From positions 1 through 64,000 of IMG/VR virus record IMGVR_UViG_3300047160_005605: DNA of 64,000 nt; one strand, given 5' to 3'. Positions 8,462 through 16,887 of this stretch are shown here, piece by piece. The notes under the pieces were generated by a model. That model ran no database searches, was not told where the DNA came from, and saw only the letters and a list, made by a program, of their open reading frames with translations. The stretch's first letter is position 1; every line of letters begins with the position of its first letter. Origin of the DNA: a virus (lineage: Duplodnaviria > Caudoviricetes). The translations under genes and the position numbers were made by a program.

Positions 8462-8549
8462 TGACGATCCCCATTACCGGGCCTGTCGTGCCGCAGGCCC
8501 GGACCTGGTGACCGTTTGTCTATTGTGTCTCAACGAAAGGAGCTATGTT
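8462..8549 (+). promoter_or_regulatory. Intergenic structured repeat, copy 7 of 7
   Basis: GACGATCCCCATTACC[gggcctg tcgtgccg caggccc]GGACCTGGTGACCGTT, then TGTGTCTCAACGAAAGGAGCTA. Confidence 0.85.
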
Positions 8550-9701
8550 ATGACCGCCTCTATTCAGACCAACGAGAAGGGCTCGAGGAAAGGTCGGCGA
8601 GCCGCCGCCATCAAGGAGTTGTCGGAAGGCAAGTCGCGCTTCCTCGGAGAGTTAGTCATACTCTCCACGGGGACGGGTAAAAAGCACAAGCTGAAGGAGA
8701 TTATCTCCGCGCTTGAGTCCTGCGACCTCAACAAAGAGGTTGCCAAGGAGCTTTCCCCGCGGGCTGCCTTCACCCGTGCCGCACGCGAACTGGCAGACGA
8801 GAGGGTTATCGACATCCTTCGGGATGAAACGGACCACATCACCTTCCAGTTCACGGCGAAGGCGATGAAGGACTCCGAGTGGAAGTATTCCAAAGAGACC
8901 AACGTCGTTCTGGACAAGATCAGCGGCAAGGTGCGCTGCCCCTCTTCAAATATCGAAGAATTGGCGCAGAAGGCACTGGACCGCGCTCTTGAGGAGCGGG
9001 GCACGTCGGATATCACCGAGATGGTGAAGCGTTTGTTCAGCGAGAACGGTGATATCATCTCGGCTCGGGATGAGGGTGGAGTGTACTTTGTGCCGGAGCC
9101 CTATCGGGCATTCTCCGACAAGGTGCAGGACTTCCTCAAGCTGCTCGGACGGCGTATCAATCGCTGGCCAATCCCGGCTGGTGAGGATCGCGCGGACGAG
9201 TCCGTGCAGGACGTGTGCACTTCCTACATCCAGAGGCTGTGCGAGCAGCTGGACGTTGCCATCAGCGGGTTCGGTACGAGCACCCGGGCGACGACCATCG
9301 AAGCGACTGCCGCTCATATCAATGAGTTGATGGTAAAGGTTGAGGCCTTTGCCAGCTACTTCGGCGATATGAAGGAGAGCAGTCTGGCGTTGGTCGCTTC
9401 CAAGCAGAGGATGCTGGCAGAGCAGGTCGATAAGATCGCCGACCTGAAAGCGTCAGCACCTCCGGGCACGAACGGGAGCGGCAAGAAGGTGGGTATCATC
9501 GCCGCAATCATCGAGGTACTGGAAAGCGCCAGTGCCAAGAAGCCGGTGACGCGCGATGAGATCCATGCCAAGTTGGTCGAGAAGTTCCCCGAGCGCGACC
9601 CGAAGGGTATGCGCAATACCGTCATGTCTCAGGTTCCCGGTTGCCTTCTCAAGGAGAAGGGCATCACCGTGAACCGCAATGATCGTGGTTACTGGCTGTA
9701 A
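8550..9701 (+). CDS. DUF6744-like protein fused to C-terminal winged-helix-like domain (paralog 2 of 3)
   Basis: N-terminal LGELV...SPRAAFTRA resembles DUF6744 from memory; C-terminal GIIAAIIEVL...PVTRDEI...GYWL. Confidence 0.65.
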   Translation: MTASIQTNEKGSRKGRRAAAIKELSEGKSRFLGELVILSTGTGKKHKLKEIISALESCDLNKEVAKELSPRAAFTRAARELADERVIDILRDETDHITFQFTAKAMKDSEWKYSKETNVVLDKISGKVRCPSSNIEELAQKALDRALEERGTSDITEMVKRLFSENGDIISARDEGGVYFVPEPYRAFSDKVQDFLKLLGRRINRWPIPAGEDRADESVQDVCTSYIQRLCEQLDVAISGFGTSTRATTIEATAAHINELMVKVEAFASYFGDMKESSLALVASKQRMLAEQVDKIADLKASAPPGTNGSGKKVGIIAAIIEVLESASAKKPVTRDEIHAKLVEKFPERDPKGMRNTVMSQVPGCLLKEKGITVNRNDRGYWL

Positions 9702-9759
9702 AAGGATTGCACTCCGGCCAAGGAAGGCCTTCTCTTGTCTCAAGTGAAAGGAGCTAACT

Positions 9760-9867
9760 GTGGCTGAACCATTGCGGACTCCGAGGGAACGGCGGGAATA
9801 TAACTCCAAGCTGACGGTTACCCTCAACGGCACTAGGGAAAATCCGTACCACAAGTGGGGATTCTAA
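9760..9867 (+). CDS. Small hypothetical protein (35 aa)
   Basis: GTG after the leader box TGTCTCAAGTGAAAGGAGCTA; translated manually. Confidence 0.5.
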   Translation: MAEPLRTPRERREYNSKLTVTLNGTRENPYHKWGF

Positions 9868-9868
9868 C

Positions 9869-10036
9869 ATGAAACTCAACCTGTTAGCAGCAGATCCCAT
9901 CCCCGATACGGATTACATTCGTAAGACCCTTGCCGGTCTCTTCTCGGAGGAGTTCATCGACCTCTGCTGCAAGAAGTTCGTGCCCGGAAGGGTTATCAAG
10001 TTCGACGTTTACTTCAACGATGAAGGAAAGGAGTAA
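9869..10036 (+). CDS. Small hypothetical protein (55 aa)
   Basis: MKLNLLAADP...DEGKE; TAATG coupling to the next ORF. Confidence 0.55.
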   Translation: MKLNLLAADPIPDTDYIRKTLAGLFSEEFIDLCCKKFVPGRVIKFDVYFNDEGKE

Positions 10037-10281
10037 TGGACAAGTTCATGCTTCGCTTCACCTATAAGGTTCACGGTGAGGACTGCACCGGCGGACCTTA
10101 TAGGGTCTCTGCAACATCATTGCAAGATGCCGTAGCGAAACTCCATACCGCGCTGCTTATGGTAGCGCGATGGAGCGACAACTATTGGCACGGCTGTTAT
10201 GCCTTTGCCAACTACCAAGTCTCAAAGGCACTGGATGACAGCGAGTACACGGAAGATGAGTTGGACAAGTATCTCAAGTAA
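10036..10281 (+). CDS. Hypothetical protein
   Basis: AAGGAG RBS, 81 aa. Confidence 0.7.
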   Translation: MDKFMLRFTYKVHGEDCTGGPYRVSATSLQDAVAKLHTALLMVARWSDNYWHGCYAFANYQVSKALDDSEYTEDELDKYLK

Positions 10282-10435
10282 AGGAAAGGAACCTGGAGCT
10301 ACGTGGAACAACTTCCTACCACCGTTATGGCTAGAGAGCCTGAAGATCGCCGCCTTAGTGATGGTGGGTTTTGAATTGTTGGTCATGGTGGGGACGACGG
10401 TCTGGATCTATCTGTCCCCAGTGTAAGCCGTTCGG

Positions 10436-10469
10436 GCAATAGGGGGAGGATTCTCGCTTCCCCTATTGC
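10436..10469 (+). terminator. Probable intrinsic terminator at the end of the early region
   Basis: gcaatagggggag / cttcccctattgc hairpin followed by attggtttcgtt. Confidence 0.55.
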
Positions 10470-10510
10470 ATTGGTTTCGTTAGCTTGCTAAGCTATGTTA
10501 GAAAGGAGCT

Positions 10511-11452
10511 TTGCCGATGCGAATCAATGACGTGGCACCGAAGTTCTTTACGGATGAACTTTTACGGTGCGCCAAACTTGACCGCAACTGGATAGAGGTC
10601 ATCTCGGGTTTCCCGATGACTCTCCATGCAAATTACCAGGCGCGAGTCAAGCCGGGTATCAAGACATGGGTAGAGAAGGCGTGGGAGCAAGGATCTGACG
10701 CGCTGTCTATGAAGGCGTTGTCTTGGTGGCTGCTAGATGGCCCAAAGGTCTTTGTACCGACCAAGATACAATGCCAGGCGATGGAGCACATAGAGATTAA
10801 CCTGCCCGTCGCGGATTACAGCCAGCCCTATCCCGCCATCATGATTGACCTGCGGAGCATGGGCTATTGTCCATTCGAGAGCGTCCTAGCGTGCCATGAC
10901 TTCTCCGGAGCGCATTGTGTCATCACCTGTTGCATCAATTCGCATGACCACCTCAATGATATTGCCACTACGGTTGGCAGGACCGACTGCATGATTGAGG
11001 AATCCGTGCGGAAGTTCGACGCTAACATAACAGAGGACGAGAGCAGCTTGGCATGCAAAGTGCTGCGGATAGCGCTCAATAGCTGTCTGGCACTGAGCCA
11101 CTATGGCAATCACATCGAGTACCTCTACCCCAAGGAAGTGGACAGCGACCGCAGACTTGCCAGAGAGTACAGCGAGCGTGGCAAGAAGGCACGCCAGCGC
11201 CTGTCCCTTGCCGTGCAAAAGATCAGCTTCGATCAGGAGGTTAGGCTGCACCGTGTAGTCCACAAGCGAGTGGAGCCCGGCGAGCCGACGGGCCGCGAGA
11301 TGCCCCCGCACTGGCGGTCTGGGCATTGGGCGATGCAACCCTATGGGCCTACACAGTCGCTCCGCAAGCGAATCCTACGTCCGGGAGTAATGGTTCGCCG
11401 GGATCTGTTTCTCGGTGACGATTCTGATAGTTCAGCAACCTACCGAGGGTAG
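10511..11452 (+). CDS. Conserved-type phage hypothetical protein with C-terminal PHWRSGHW motif
   Basis: 313-aa ORF; PHWRxGHW...YGP tail recognised as recurrent in phage proteins of unknown function. Confidence 0.75.
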   Translation: MPMRINDVAPKFFTDELLRCAKLDRNWIEVISGFPMTLHANYQARVKPGIKTWVEKAWEQGSDALSMKALSWWLLDGPKVFVPTKIQCQAMEHIEINLPVADYSQPYPAIMIDLRSMGYCPFESVLACHDFSGAHCVITCCINSHDHLNDIATTVGRTDCMIEESVRKFDANITEDESSLACKVLRIALNSCLALSHYGNHIEYLYPKEVDSDRRLAREYSERGKKARQRLSLAVQKISFDQEVRLHRVVHKRVEPGEPTGREMPPHWRSGHWAMQPYGPTQSLRKRILRPGVMVRRDLFLGDDSDSSATYRG

Positions 11453-11530
11453 GGAAAGGAGTTAGTGTGAGACCGACGAATGACGTGGCGTTACCCAGTG
11501 TCCTTGTCGATGATGTAAGGAGGACTGCTC

Positions 11531-11695
11531 ATGACCCCGCGTGAATGGGAGACTTTCTTCGCACTGCTGGAGAAGATCGTCAACGCTCCCGAAGGCACCT
11601 ATAAAGAGAAGGCTGCTTCCGTGATGCTTCAAGCCAAGAATCAAGGCTCGGAAACGGAACTCAATGAGTTCGCTTCTTGGTTCCAGGAGGGCTAA
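11531..11695 (+). CDS. Small hypothetical protein (54 aa)
   Basis: AAGGAGG RBS; TAATG coupling. Confidence 0.6.
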   Translation: MTPREWETFFALLEKIVNAPEGTYKEKAASVMLQAKNQGSETELNEFASWFQEG

Positions 11696-11889
11696 TGGAC
11701 GAACTACTCAAGCAAGTGGAGCGAGTCTGGAAAGCCCTCCTCGAGTATGGGCCGCTTGACGATGGCACTCCTCAAGGAAAGGAGCTAGAAGATGCCATCA
11801 TCGATCTGAGGAAGGCTTCTATCCCTTTCAAATTGCGAAGGAGTAAGCGTGTTAAGAAACGCCATAACCGAAACCTACGGAGAGGTTGA
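11695..11889 (+). CDS. Small hypothetical protein
   Basis: AGGAGG RBS; basic C-terminal tail. Confidence 0.55.
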   Translation: MDELLKQVERVWKALLEYGPLDDGTPQGKELEDAIIDLRKASIPFKLRRSKRVKKRHNRNLRRG

Positions 11890-12343
11890 TAAGCTCTTGC
11901 ACTTCACGGTGCACAAGTTTATCCGTAAGTATGGCGGGGATTATGATACGCTGAGAGCCGATGCCAACTGGCATTTTCTCTCAGCGTATCTATCCTTCAA
12001 GCCATCGAAGTCAAAGTTTTCCACTTGGGTGAGCTATAGAGTCCACATGGGACTGTTGGCGAGCAAGCGCGACGATAAGAAGCGCGCCCACTATCTCAAG
12101 CCGCTACCAACTAAGCTGTACGCTCGCACGGAGAGCACTGCAAGGCAGCTTGCGCGGGACTTGTCAGATGATGCCGGCGCGATCATACGCTTGGTGTTGA
12201 ATATTATCCCTGCCAGCTTCTTTCGACGGCGGCATAACAAGCGCCAAGCGCTAGTTGAATACCTAACTGGCTTGGGTTGGTCTGAGGCTAAGATCGAGCG
12301 TAGCTTCGCCGAGCTAAGAGAGGAGCTATGTACTCAAACCTAA
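11849..12343 (+). CDS. Sigma-70 region 2-like (ECF-type) phage sigma factor
   Basis: LLHFTVHKF...DYDTLRADA...FKPSKSKFSTWV resembles region 2; helical HTH-like C-terminus. Confidence 0.6.
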   Translation: MLRNAITETYGEVDKLLHFTVHKFIRKYGGDYDTLRADANWHFLSAYLSFKPSKSKFSTWVSYRVHMGLLASKRDDKKRAHYLKPLPTKLYARTESTARQLARDLSDDAGAIIRLVLNIIPASFFRRRHNKRQALVEYLTGLGWSEAKIERSFAELREELCTQT

Positions 12344-13767
12344 TGCGCAGAGCGAGAGGTCTTGGCAATGGTGTCATGCAGTTGGTGAGGTGGACCGATC
12401 CTATCACCAACAAGACTATTACCAAGCCGCATGAGTTTCAAGCATGGGCAGTCCGCAAGCTGCACAGGTGGGGCGGGCGGGGATTGCTTGCCGATGACAT
12501 GGGTTTGGGCAAGACGGTCGAAGCGCTTATCTATGCCCATGAGGTTCCAAAAGCAAGACCCGCTCTAGTTATTTGCCCTGCCTTTCTCAAGTTCAATTGG
12601 GAGCGCGAAGCAGCACGCCATGTAGGTATGCGAGCGGAGATACTCGACGGGACGAGAGTGCCGAGGAGAGGGATACTCCCCCCAGCACCTTTGTCTATTA
12701 TCAACTACGAAATACTAGGACCATGGATGGAATGGCTGATGGCGATGAAATTCAAGCTTATCATCCTAGACGAGTGCCAGTACGTCAAGAGCCGCAAAGC
12801 TAAGAGGACTAGGTATTGCCGACAGCTTTGCTGGAATGCGCCAAGGGTAATCGCTCTGAGTGGTACGCCGCTCACCAACCGACCCGAAGAGTTGTGGTCG
12901 ATCCTGAATATGATACGGCCAGACCTCTACTCAGAGTTTATGCCGTTCGCGTTCAAATACTGCAAGCCGCAGCATTCGCCGCATGGATGGTTGTTTCCGG
13001 GCGCTGACAACCTTGACCACTTGCATCACAAGCTGAAAAAGCAGCTTATGATACGCCGGAAGAAAAGCGCCGTCATGCCTTTCTTGCCGAAGAAAGTGCA
13101 CTCGGTCATACCTGTCAAGATCACCAACCTCAAAGAGTATGTCCATGCCAAAGAGGACTTCTTGGGTTGGCTGTACTCTGTGAGTCCCGAGCGTGCACGT
13201 ACGGCAGCTAGAGCCGAAGGGCTAGCGCGCTTGGGATACTTGCTCAGGCTCATTGGAGAAGGCAAGCGTCAAGCTGTCTCCAAGTGGATTGAGGACTTCT
13301 TAGGCGCAACCGACGATAAGCTCTTAGTCTTTGGTCGGCATGTTAGCGTAGTCACTGGCCTCCACAATGATTTTCCCAAAGAATCTGTGGTCATCTATGG
13401 CGCTGTCTCTAAGAGTGAGCGTAACAAGCGCGAGCATGAGTTCCAGAACAACCCCAAGATAAGAGTCCTCATAGGCAACATACAAGCTGCTGGCGTAGGT
13501 CTAAACCTCACAGCCGCAAGCTATGTAGGCTTCGCTGAGTATCCCTGGACTCCGGCCGAGCTTAACCAAGCGATAGACAGAACGCACCGAATAGGCCAGA
13601 CCAAGCAAGTTAGCGTTTACTATCTTACTGCCATCAACACCATAGAAGAAAGGATGGTGAAGCTGCTACAAAAGAAGCAAGGGATCTTGAGTTCCATTCT
13701 CGACGGGAGAAGGGATCGTTCCGATGTTAGTGTGTATGACCAACTCATAAAGGAGATGCGAAAGTGA
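12328..13767 (+). CDS. SNF2/SWI2-family helicase (HARP-like)
   Basis: LADDMGLGKT, ILDECQ, LSGTP, AAGVGLNLT, QAIDRTHRIGQ. Confidence 0.95.
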   Translation: MYSNLMRRARGLGNGVMQLVRWTDPITNKTITKPHEFQAWAVRKLHRWGGRGLLADDMGLGKTVEALIYAHEVPKARPALVICPAFLKFNWEREAARHVGMRAEILDGTRVPRRGILPPAPLSIINYEILGPWMEWLMAMKFKLIILDECQYVKSRKAKRTRYCRQLCWNAPRVIALSGTPLTNRPEELWSILNMIRPDLYSEFMPFAFKYCKPQHSPHGWLFPGADNLDHLHHKLKKQLMIRRKKSAVMPFLPKKVHSVIPVKITNLKEYVHAKEDFLGWLYSVSPERARTAARAEGLARLGYLLRLIGEGKRQAVSKWIEDFLGATDDKLLVFGRHVSVVTGLHNDFPKESVVIYGAVSKSERNKREHEFQNNPKIRVLIGNIQAAGVGLNLTAASYVGFAEYPWTPAELNQAIDRTHRIGQTKQVSVYYLTAINTIEERMVKLLQKKQGILSSILDGRRDRSDVSVYDQLIKEMRK

Positions 13768-13985
13768 TTAACCACAAGAAGTCTTTCCCAGTGAAAGGCA
13801 AGAAGAAAGGAGAAGGCATCCTGTTCATCAGGAACCTCCCAGAAGAGGACCACCGCCTGTTCAAGGCGTGGTGTGTGCGACGCGGCTGGACGATGACGGC
13901 AGCGATCCGTCACTTCATCCGCGAGTGTGTTCGTGGTTCCGAGCAAACCCACAACCCAGGAAAGGGAAAGCGAAATGACGTGTAA
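13764..13985 (+). CDS. Ribbon-helix-helix (Arc-like) DNA-binding protein
   Basis: LFIRNLPEEDHRLFKAWCVRRGWTMTAAIRHFI. Confidence 0.7.
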   Translation: MINHKKSFPVKGKKKGEGILFIRNLPEEDHRLFKAWCVRRGWTMTAAIRHFIRECVRGSEQTHNPGKGKRNDV

Positions 13986-14226
13986 GGAATTCCGGAAGGT
14001 AGTCGATGGCAGCTTCCTCGAGACCACAAGAGCCGAGCGCTGCGCCATCGTCGAGCACCGAAAGGTGTGCAGGACTTGCGATGAATATCTCACTAATATT
14101 AGTCTGGAAAGCATCAAGGGATTGAAGGAGAGGCTTCCTTCGCCCCTCTATGAGTTGGCGGTGCTAGCCCTATGGGGCGCTGCCAGTACGATCCGCAAGC
14201 AAGACGTGGAGGACCCCGAGACATGA
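13975..14226 (+). CDS. zf-HC2/ZAS anti-sigma-like zinc-finger protein
   Basis: MTCKEF...VEHRKVCRTC (C-x(n)-HxxxCxxC). Confidence 0.6.
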   Translation: MTCKEFRKVVDGSFLETTRAERCAIVEHRKVCRTCDEYLTNISLESIKGLKERLPSPLYELAVLALWGAASTIRKQDVEDPET

Positions 14227-15098
14227 CCTTTGCAGAGATTCTCGACCATTATGGTGTGCACTACGAAACCGAGGGCAAGCACACCCGGCGAGGCTGGGTA
14301 CAACTCGATTGCCCTTGGTGCAGCGGCGAGCTTTACTTGGGTTACAACATCGCCGGCAATTATTGCAATTGCTGGCGCTGTGGTAGCCACAGCACGCTGG
14401 ACGTGCTAGTATCAGTGACCCGAGCGAACTACCCCGCAGTGATCGGGCTTTACAAGCAATTAGACAGAGCAGACTATGAGAAGCCTCACACCGTAGTCTG
14501 CGGCAAGCTGCTAGTGCCTCAAGCTTCATTCCTGGAGAAAGCGCATGTCAAGTATCTCCATGAAGTGCGCGGCTTTCGGCATAGCGAGATTAACGAATTG
14601 GTTAAGTTATGGAAGATCAGAGGCATTGGTCCCTTCGCTCCGAAGCTGACTTGGCGCATTTTAATCCCCATAGAGTATAGGAGCGAAGTGGTCAGCTGGA
14701 CCACGCGCAGCATCGGCGAGTTTACGAGCGTGCGCTATGTGTCGGCGTCTCCTTCCGAAGAGAGGATGCACCACAAGCACTTGCTCTATGGTGAGGACTA
14801 TGCCAGAGCGTCTATCATCGTCTGCGAAGGCCCTATAGACGTGTGGAAGATCGGGCCCGGCGCTGTTGCTACGCTTGGCGTAGGCTATACGGGGGAGCAG
14901 CTTTTGCGCATGAGCCGCTACCCTCACCGTGCGATCTGGTTCGACAATGAGCCTGACGCTCGCCAGCGCGCTCGACGGCTTAGAGATGATTTAACTGCAT
15001 TCCCTGGGACAACCTATGTCATCATGAGCGATGCGAAGGATGCGGGATCCGCCAAACGCTCAGAGATAGCAGAGGTCAGAAGGAGATTCTTGTTATGA
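14223..15098 (+). CDS. DNA primase (zinc finger plus TOPRIM)
   Basis: CPWC...CWRC zinc finger; VCEGPID, ATLG, FDNE TOPRIM motifs. Confidence 0.9.
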   Translation: MTFAEILDHYGVHYETEGKHTRRGWVQLDCPWCSGELYLGYNIAGNYCNCWRCGSHSTLDVLVSVTRANYPAVIGLYKQLDRADYEKPHTVVCGKLLVPQASFLEKAHVKYLHEVRGFRHSEINELVKLWKIRGIGPFAPKLTWRILIPIEYRSEVVSWTTRSIGEFTSVRYVSASPSEERMHHKHLLYGEDYARASIIVCEGPIDVWKIGPGAVATLGVGYTGEQLLRMSRYPHRAIWFDNEPDARQRARRLRDDLTAFPGTTYVIMSDAKDAGSAKRSEIAEVRRRFLL

Positions 15099-15382
15099 CA
15101 GAAACGGCGTGGCGATGGCATATTATGGACCTAGAGATTGGCAGTGAAGAGACTTTTCGCTGCCAAGGGTGGGAGTTGCGAGTGAAGCGAGTTCGCCAGG
15201 AGCTACATACGCTTTGGTTGAGCCGGCCTAATATCCTCCGAACACGGTATTTCACGCATCGCGCAAACCTCCTGAATTTCGGTAGAAAAATGTTTTTCAA
15301 AGAATTTGTAGCGTTGAACCAAAGTTCGCGCAATAATAAAGTGAGAGACAAAGCACGGCAATATTGGGAGATACCAACATGA
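15095..15382 (+). CDS. Hypothetical protein
   Basis: ATGA overlap with the primase stop. Confidence 0.6.
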   Translation: MTETAWRWHIMDLEIGSEETFRCQGWELRVKRVRQELHTLWLSRPNILRTRYFTHRANLLNFGRKMFFKEFVALNQSSRNNKVRDKARQYWEIPT

Positions 15383-15420
15383 ATGCAGGCAAGCTGCTCA
15401 GCAGACGGACGAGCTGGCGA

Positions 15421-15954
15421 GCCTGCGCCTCCCAATTTGGGGTAGGATGTATAGGAGAGCCGAACGGGATTCGGTTGCCGCAGGCGGCAGACAACTCTCT
15501 GAAGGAGGTCCGAAGATCGTCCCTGCTGACTCATGTTCCCGGCATGTGCATTTCGACTGCACTGCGTGGCGGTGACCTCACCGCTGACAATGGGGCTGGG
15601 GGATACGAAGTATCCCCGAGCACTGGGCATTCTGAGCTGGGTCGCCAAGCCCATTGTACCGGCCGCACTCCGGGCAAGCACCACAACGTCCGTGATGGGG
15701 TGAACCAGATACCAACGCAACTGGAGGGTCATACAAGCGGCTCCTCCGAGCGTGCGCTAGCTCCGCTATCTGGGTGCCGCAAGCACTTATGCGGGGGGCC
15801 TGGACTTCTCGTCACAAGGGCAGGGACTATCACTCTAAAGGTTGCCATTCGACACATCAACACTGCCTTGTCACCACGATGTACTACTACCCTATGGATG
15901 GTCCTGGGTAGCAAGTACATCTACCGTGCTCGATGAGTATTGCTAGCGCAATAC
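15421..15954 (+). ncRNA. Candidate large structured non-coding RNA (or structured origin); strand inferred from flanking genes
   Basis: More than 10 nested helices identified by eye, including an 8-bp pairing 15519-15526/15820-15827; overlapping ORFs on both strands have atypical composition. Confidence 0.45.
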
Positions 15955-16072
15955 CCATCTCACAGTAAGTGGTGGTTAAGGAGAAGCCGGAGGCTGCAGG
16001 AAGTTCCTAGATGATCCTTTTGTCTCATTTTCGGGAGGAAACCATGGGCAAGGCAGAACAAACTCTCCAGGC

Positions 16073-16603
16073 ATGGAGGCATCTTATATGACCCCGTTTA
16101 TGCCGTGGCAGGAACTGCGTCAGGACAAGTCCAAGCGTAAGCTTGATCCGCAGGTCAAGGATGTGCTCGATAGCGTCTTGCAGCTTGACTGGCCCGCGGG
16201 CAGCGACCAGCAAGTGTTGCCTGTGCTCACTAAGAGCTTGCGAGCGTACAAGAGCTTTCGGGAGCAATTCGCAGCGATGGACAAGCGCTTGCGCGAGCGA
16301 GCGCTGGCACTCCGGGCAGAAGCGAAGCAAGCAGATTTGCCAGAACGCAAGACCAAAGAGTTGCACTTGCTCTATCGGCACATACGCCTGATCGAGCACC
16401 TCCGCAACTACTTTGCACCAAGCCATATGTTTATGAAAATCTGGATGACGCACGTACAGAGAGAAGCCAAGTACAGGGGAAATAACTTACGCAAGCTTGC
16501 CTTCTCTACAAAGTCGCCACTTTTCACAAAGCTAGGGCGACAATGGACTTACGAGTATTGCCATCAGTCTTATTGGTTTGACCAACTTCTCGAAGAACTT
16601 TAG
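16073..16603 (+). CDS. Hypothetical protein
   Basis: 176-aa ORF in the replication cluster. Confidence 0.7.
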   Translation: MEASYMTPFMPWQELRQDKSKRKLDPQVKDVLDSVLQLDWPAGSDQQVLPVLTKSLRAYKSFREQFAAMDKRLRERALALRAEAKQADLPERKTKELHLLYRHIRLIEHLRNYFAPSHMFMKIWMTHVQREAKYRGNNLRKLAFSTKSPLFTKLGRQWTYEYCHQSYWFDQLLEEL

Positions 16604-16611
16604 GAGGGGCT

Positions 16612-16887
16612 ATGACCTGTAATGAGTTTCAGATTACCTTTGGGCAGGTTCATCCCCTGCAAGCAACATCCCCAATGATCCTTGCGATGGCCATTCACAT
16701 GAAGGAATGCCCATCGTGCAAGAAATGGATGCGTCAGGGAGAGGATCCAGACGAAAAACAGCATCCACTTATGACGTTTGCCTTGCAGAGAAAGGCCCGC
16801 ATGGCATTGAACGATTGCCAGACTGATCCCGAATTGCGCCAGCAGATGGAGGCATACGATGCGCTCAAGCGTAAGGAACGAAAGTAA
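16612..16887 (+). CDS. Second zf-HC2/ZAS anti-sigma-like protein
   Basis: MTCNEF...IHMKECPSC; AGGAGG RBS. Confidence 0.6.
   Translation: MTCNEFQITFGQVHPLQATSPMILAMAIHMKECPSCKKWMRQGEDPDEKQHPLMTFALQRKARMALNDCQTDPELRQQMEAYDALKRKERK

Noticed and set aside
2462-8516. Repeats as a CRISPR array or canonical integron attC sites
   Set aside because: The spacers are whole genes of 0.3-2.6 kb and no cas genes are present. AAC...GTT ends occur only in copy 4, RYYYAAC/GTTRRRY are not met, no integrase is in the window, and GNRA loops favour RNA.
15364-15936. 190-aa + ORF and 218-aa - ORF (15076-15732) as real genes
   Set aside because: Atypical composition, no motifs, and dense base-pairing. Not called as CDS, although the ATGA overlap at 15379 leaves the + ORF possible.
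15421-16020. tmRNA, RNase P RNA, or group I/II intron
   Set aside because: Only fragmentary look-alikes (GGGACTA, GTGCG, GGGGCTG); partner motifs and tRNA-like ends are absent, and no interrupted gene flanks it.
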